Sequence record: OZ335961.1
Strand: one strand, 5' to 3'
DNA: 64,000 nt
Origin: a phage
The notes below the pieces were generated by a model. That model did not search any database. It was given only the letters and a program-made list of their open reading frames with translations, and was not told the DNA's origin. Shown here piece by piece: positions 59,795 through 64,000 of this stretch. Position 1 is the stretch's first letter; each line of letters opens with the position of its first letter. The position numbers were made by a program, and so were the translations under genes.

Positions 59795-60763
59795 TTATTT
59801 CAGAAGAGTAACCTCAGCGATTTCTTCCCAACCGTTTTTGTCGGTCATAATAAAGTCAGCAAGATAAAGAGCAGTACGCAGTGAAACATTGCGTAAACGA
59901 TTAACATTAACTTTCATCCATGATAATGCTTTATAAGTTTCTTCATCAGAAAGACCGCGCTTTTGCATCATGTCAGTTGAAAGAATAACATCTTCAACCC
60001 TGACCATAATTTCTTCATTAGTGTGAACACCCAAATCCAAATAAACCGAGCGGGACACTAATGCTTGTAAATGTGGAGCAAGTTTAGTACCACGGTCTAA
60101 TTCGCGGTCAATGTCAACGTTTGTGATAAAAACAATCGTTCCTTTAAATTCAAACTCACGCTCAATGCCTTTTTCTTCTAAGTAAGAAGACGCAGTACTC
60201 CAGCAGACTTTACGGGTCTCTCCAGTGTCCAGAGCGGCTTTTAGAAGATTAAGAATATCCATATCAGAGAAAACATCCACATCATCAATCAAAAGGACAG
60301 AATTCTCTTCACGATTATTCCAAAGCTGCTCATAAAGACCAATACCAGAGATTTTACCATTAATGCTTTTATATTCAATGTATCCAATATCATTTGCTTT
60401 ATTCAAAGCTTTATCTAAAGAATACGTTTTACCAATACCTGCAGCGCCAGAGATAATCAATGAACGAATATTTCCATTAATAATACCATTCGTCATCATT
60501 CCCATAACATTAAATCTTTTATTAATGCGGGTTTTCATATCTTCATACGATTCTTTAACTTCTTCAACTTTTACACCATCATATGAAATATCTGATTTGT
60601 AAACCCAAACACCGCGACGTTTACCGTCAATTTCAACAAAAACTTTACCATCTCCTTGTGCATCTACCGGAGCATTATCTGGGAACCATTCGCCTAAGAG
60701 CTCAAAAGTTCCAGAGATTTCTTTACCGAAGTAGATACCCTTATTGATAGTTACAGTTTTCAT
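59795..60763 (-). CDS. P-loop NTPase (322 aa)
   Basis: Walker A SGAAGIGKT, Walker B VLLIDDVD; ATG after GGAGAATAAA leader. Confidence 0.6.
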   Translation of the reverse strand: MKTVTINKGIYFGKEISGTFELLGEWFPDNAPVDAQGDGKVFVEIDGKRRGVWVYKSDISYDGVKVEEVKESYEDMKTRINKRFNVMGMMTNGIINGNIRSLIISGAAGIGKTYSLDKALNKANDIGYIEYKSINGKISGIGLYEQLWNNREENSVLLIDDVDVFSDMDILNLLKAALDTGETRKVCWSTASSYLEEKGIEREFEFKGTIVFITNVDIDRELDRGTKLAPHLQALVSRSVYLDLGVHTNEEIMVRVEDVILSTDMMQKRGLSDEETYKALSWMKVNVNRLRNVSLRTALYLADFIMTDKNGWEEIAEVTLLK

Positions 60764-60799
60764 TTTATTCTCCAATTTCACATTTGTTTTGATAGGGTA

Positions 60800-60829
60800 A
60801 TAATATCACACTACTACCCTACTGTAAAC
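60800..60829 (-). promoter_or_regulatory. T4-type early promoter with stem-loop
   Basis: TTTACA -17- TATTAT; dyad TAGGGTA/TACCCTA encloses -10. Confidence 0.65.
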
Positions 60830-60832
60830 AAT

Positions 60833-61096
60833 TTATTTTAATGTTTGCCAAATTTTTACTGCTTCGCGACGAGATACTTCTACAGCTCCAAGTTCTACGG
60901 CTTTTTGGCGTCGGCGAGCATGTAAGTCATAATGTTTAATGCGTTTATCTTGAAACCAAGAACGTTTCATTCCTATTGCTTCTGCCATTTTATGAAGCTC
61001 TTCAATATCTCCATCAGTGAACATATGACAATTTTTAGTTGGATGACCGCGAAGTTTCCATCCATGATTCATTAAAACATCTACGTAAACTGTCAT
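60833..61096 (-). CDS. DUF4031-like protein (87 aa)
   Basis: pattern YVD...H....HM..D...ELH..A..IG; family assignment from memory. Confidence 0.5.
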   Translation of the reverse strand: MTVYVDVLMNHGWKLRGHPTKNCHMFTDGDIEELHKMAEAIGMKRSWFQDKRIKHYDLHARRRQKAVELGAVEVSRREAVKIWQTLK

Positions 61097-61242
61097 TGAT
61101 TCTGCTCCAAATATGTTTCTATAATTTTCTGAGCGAGATAAACTGCGTTATCTTCAGTTGCATCTTCTAAGAAATTTTCAAAATAAGCTGAAATTTCTTC
61201 TGTGTCAATCAACTTTTTTACTTCAATTAACGTAGTTTTCAT
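61093..61242 (-). CDS. small hypothetical protein (49 aa)
   Basis: hand-read; ATG after conserved leader; ATGA overlap with next gene. Confidence 0.4.
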   Translation of the reverse strand: MKTTLIEVKKLIDTEEISAYFENFLEDATEDNAVYLAQKIIETYLEQNQ

Positions 61243-61276
61243 TTTATTCCCCAAATCCGTATCAGTTGATAGTTGT

Positions 61277-61306
61277 ATAGTACCATAAAGCTTTATGCTT
61301 GTAAAC
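61277..61306 (-). promoter_or_regulatory. T4-type early promoter
   Basis: TTTACA -17- TACTAT. Confidence 0.7.
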
Positions 61307-61330
61307 CGTTTTGTGAAAAAATTTTGAAAT

Positions 61331-61354
61331 AAAAAAGGGAGCCCGAAGGCTCCC
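61331..61354 (-). terminator. intrinsic terminator
   Basis: hairpin gggagcc-cgaa-ggctccc followed on minus strand by U6. Confidence 0.7.
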
Positions 61355-61356
61355 TA

Positions 61357-62370
61357 TCATTTATAATAACTTCGATGGTTTTCAAGATAAATCCTCTCAA
61401 GGAAGTCATCCCAGAAACCCATGTCTACTTTTTGCTGCATACCGTTCTTAGAAGCTTCAATGGATGCTGCTTCTACTTGATCGACCACATCTTCCAAAAA
61501 CTCTTGAACAGTTTTAAATGGATGTTTACCCAACTTCACGTCGAGAATAAATGGAGCGTCTTGAAGTGGATAGACTAAGTCACCAGTTTTGTAAATTTCC
61601 AATAGTTGGAGTCCACCACGGCAAGCATGACTCAGAGCTTTCCAGTCAATGCCCTCATTCGCTTCAGCCTTACGAGCACGTTCGCCGTATTCAGCATCAA
61701 GTTTATTCAAAGATTGCTTAAGCTCGATAAGAGAAAGCGTTGTTTGATATTTACGACCCAACACAGTGTAGAACGTTTGTGGGCCTGTTTTCTCATGATT
61801 ATGGAATACCCATTCACAGAATTCGTTCTCTGGAAGACGATGCTTAATATCTTCTACCTTAGTTCGACGTTGCTTAATGGAACCGTCTTCTTGATAATCA
61901 ACCCATTGGTCAGGGATTTGACTAACTACTTTCAATACATCACGTAATGCGGCCAAACGAGAACCCTTGACGCCGTATTTAGAAGCTTGCTTGCGAACAT
62001 ATCCTAAATAGGATTTCATGTTAGTCGTATAAAAACGAGAACGATTGTCTTGAATAAACTTCCATACATCAGGCAAATCAGATTTAACCACTAACTCAGG
62101 TGGAGTGTGGAGCATATCCAATGCTACAGTTTCACCATCTGCTGCTAATTTAAAGAAATATTTAAGACTGTATAGTTCATGGTCAATATCATCTTTAGTG
62201 TTTTTAGATGATGTGTTGTTAGTGTTTTTACTCATATGCTCTTTAACATTTCCGATAAGAATATCGCGAGCACGAGGAACAAAAATTTCTTTAAAATCTA
62301 CATCAGATTCTGGAGTAGAAGTTCCATAAAGATGACTACCAAAATAGCTTTTCATTACTGTTTTCATCAT
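61357..62370 (-). CDS. Pol-beta-superfamily nucleotidyltransferase-like protein (337 aa)
   Basis: N-terminal GSHLYGT-x5-SDVD signature. Confidence 0.55.
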   Translation of the reverse strand: MMKTVMKSYFGSHLYGTSTPESDVDFKEIFVPRARDILIGNVKEHMSKNTNNTSSKNTKDDIDHELYSLKYFFKLAADGETVALDMLHTPPELVVKSDLPDVWKFIQDNRSRFYTTNMKSYLGYVRKQASKYGVKGSRLAALRDVLKVVSQIPDQWVDYQEDGSIKQRRTKVEDIKHRLPENEFCEWVFHNHEKTGPQTFYTVLGRKYQTTLSLIELKQSLNKLDAEYGERARKAEANEGIDWKALSHACRGGLQLLEIYKTGDLVYPLQDAPFILDVKLGKHPFKTVQEFLEDVVDQVEAASIEASKNGMQQKVDMGFWDDFLERIYLENHRSYYK

Positions 62371-62828
62371 TCAGCCTTATATTCAATAACAGGACATACT
62401 TTAGCTTTACGTGCTTTTAAAAATTCGACGATAATAGATTTCTTGGGTTGAATAGGAGGTAAACCTTTATACGCCCTATCAATATTTTCTACATGTAAAG
62501 CATAATCCTTTTTCCATTTATAATCTTTATATTTTTCATGCAGTTGTGCAGGAATAACAAATGAACCAATAATAAGTAAAACAAGCAAAATGGCAAGTGT
62601 AAATGCTGATGGAATAAGAGTCCATAAACTACCAAAAATAAGCCATTTCTGTATGATTTCTGCGCAGATAATAGTTAGACCTGTGAGTACAGTACATCCG
62701 AAAAAAGAAACGAAAAATGTAGGGATAACAATAGACCAAAAGTATGCACATAATGTCTTAGGTCGTTTCCATTCGTCGTTAAACATTTTGAATAATTTAT
62801 AATGCCAAGAGTTTTCATTAATAATCAT
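62367..62828 (-). CDS. membrane protein (153 aa)
   Basis: multiple hydrophobic helices. Confidence 0.5.
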   Translation of the reverse strand: MIINENSWHYKLFKMFNDEWKRPKTLCAYFWSIVIPTFFVSFFGCTVLTGLTIICAEIIQKWLIFGSLWTLIPSAFTLAILLVLLIIGSFVIPAQLHEKYKDYKWKKDYALHVENIDRAYKGLPPIQPKKSIIVEFLKARKAKVCPVIEYKAE

Positions 62829-62830
62829 AA

Positions 62831-63352
62831 TTATCCTTTCATTGAAGGTGTAACAGTTGTTAAATACTTAATCATAGCTTCAGCTTCTGATTTTGATAAT
62901 GAAATTTCTCCATTGTTTTGACGAATAGAAATAAAATCCGGATGATGGTCACCACCAGCTTTTAAAATACACATATAAGTATCAGTTTCATCTTCAATAT
63001 CTGAAATGATTGAAGCAGTTCCACATGAATGTGGTTTTTGATAAATCAATACAGCTTTTCTTCCACCGTTTGACTGTTCATAAACTTTTAACACATCAAA
63101 CAAATCACTTCTTTTATCAATAGCTAAGATGTTGTTTTCATCTTCAATGTTAAATCCTTCGGATACTTCATAAAGTGTCACCCATAAATCGCCAATATCA
63201 ATAACAGCGTTCACTTTTCCATGACTTTCAAGAGCATTACAAATTTTCTTGATTTCATCATAACTCATTTTAATAATATCATCTCCTTGAATAAGAAAGA
63301 TGTCATTTTTAAATTCAACACGAATTAAACCGCTTTCACTTGAAATAAACAT
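62831..63352 (-). CDS. hypothetical protein (173 aa)
   Basis: ORF; paralogue of next ORF. Confidence 0.5.
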   Translation of the reverse strand: MFISSESGLIRVEFKNDIFLIQGDDIIKMSYDEIKKICNALESHGKVNAVIDIGDLWVTLYEVSEGFNIEDENNILAIDKRSDLFDVLKVYEQSNGGRKAVLIYQKPHSCGTASIISDIEDETDTYMCILKAGGDHHPDFISIRQNNGEISLSKSEAEAMIKYLTTVTPSMKG

Positions 63353-63358
63353 ATTTCC

Positions 63359-63913
63359 TCACTTTGAAATCATAGTTGGAATGACAGAATCAAGATAAGT
63401 CTTTAGTAAAACAGCTTCTTCTTTGTTTAATACAACAACATTAACATCATTTACCGATTGACGAATAGTTAAGACATCTCCTTCTTCGTAACACTTTGAT
63501 ACATTTAAAACAGTTTCATAATTTTGATTACAAGCGTTAGTAATAATAGCATTGCAATTTTTAAACCATTTTAAACTATGTTTTCTTTCATTAGAATAAT
63601 AAAAATATTTAATCTTAGCTATAAAATTATCCCAATTATTAATTGATAAGCATATTGACTCGCTTTCAATATTAAATCCTGGGCATAAAGAATAAAAATG
63701 AATTTTATGCTCATCATTGATGCTTACAATTTTATCAGTATAAGGTTTTTCAATTTGGGTTAAATGAATGATTTCGCTAGGAGTAAAATATAGCATATCG
63801 TCTTCTTGTGTGAAACGATACATATTATTTACTTTTTCTATAGCCAATTCACCAAAAAGTGAACTAACTTCTAATACTAATCGTTTCATATTGATTCTCT
63901 TCGACTCACTCAC
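63359..63913 (-). CDS. hypothetical protein (184 aa)
   Basis: ORF; shares GFNIE and YL..V.P motifs with 62831..63352. Confidence 0.5.
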   Translation of the reverse strand: MSESKRINMKRLVLEVSSLFGELAIEKVNNMYRFTQEDDMLYFTPSEIIHLTQIEKPYTDKIVSINDEHKIHFYSLCPGFNIESESICLSINNWDNFIAKIKYFYYSNERKHSLKWFKNCNAIITNACNQNYETVLNVSKCYEEGDVLTIRQSVNDVNVVVLNKEEAVLLKTYLDSVIPTMISK

Positions 63914-64000
63914 AATTACATACTCCTTTGAATAATATCAATAATGTTGTTCACCAGATTATAAGTAAACATTGGGTAATTATATTGAATCATCACATAC

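Noticed and set aside
3240-61354. Repeated 30-90 bp elements as a possible CRISPR array
   Set aside because: Copies are kilobases apart, irregularly spaced and match promoter architecture; no repeat-spacer periodicity and no cas genes.
7512-63000. Remaining plus-strand track ORFs (for example 7512..7700, 8597..8821, 12177..12680, 13191..13971, 18734..19103, 35316..36134, 50061..51575, 52321..52734, 61606..61947, 62590..62802)
   Set aside because: Each is embedded antisense in a recognised or well-supported minus-strand gene and has no convincing ribosome-binding site.
1-64000. tRNA/rRNA genes and a prophage-host junction
   Set aside because: No intergenic stretch long enough and structured like a tRNA was seen; gene content is phage throughout with no integrase or att-like repeats. 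A tRNA scan was not run, so a small RNA could have been missed.

Overview
This window reads as a contiguous segment of a T4-like (T-even) myovirus genome. Almost every gene is on the minus strand and tightly packed, with overlapping stop/start codons. From my recognition of the protein sequences and lengths, the order from high to low coordinate is: nrdC, gp49 (endonuclease VII), nrdD, nrdG, nrdH-like, gp55, a-gt, gp47, gp46, rpbA, gp45, gp44, gp62, regA, gp43, imm, gp42, a glycosyltransferase, uvsX, gp40, gp41, dmd, sp, gp61, an HNH homing endonuclease, gp56, soc, modB, modA, srd-like, dda, dexA, motB, gp39, rIIA, rIIB, denB, ndd, gp52, motA, arn, asiA, and on the plus strand the 3' end of holin t. 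The last ~10 kb (54.3-63.9 kb) holds ORFs I cannot name. Eighteen T4-type early promoters (-35 GTTTAC, 17 nt spacer, extended -10), several hairpin terminators and UUCG-tetraloop hairpins are visible directly in the sequence. I found no rRNA, tRNA, CRISPR array, intron or integrase. Most of the window is core T-even replication and host-takeover machinery, so I see no strong evidence for a wholly new system. The parts worth a second look are the accessory insertions: the HNH endonuclease with a divergent plus-strand small ORF between gp56 and gp61, a GT-A-type glycosyltransferase at the beta-gt position, a tandem four-paralogue array, and an ATPase/DUF4031-like/nucleotidyltransferase cluster. 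All gene names are from memory of T4 proteins, not from a database search. The ORF track accepts GTG/TTG starts, so several starts were moved to the nearest ATG with a Shine-Dalgarno sequence.
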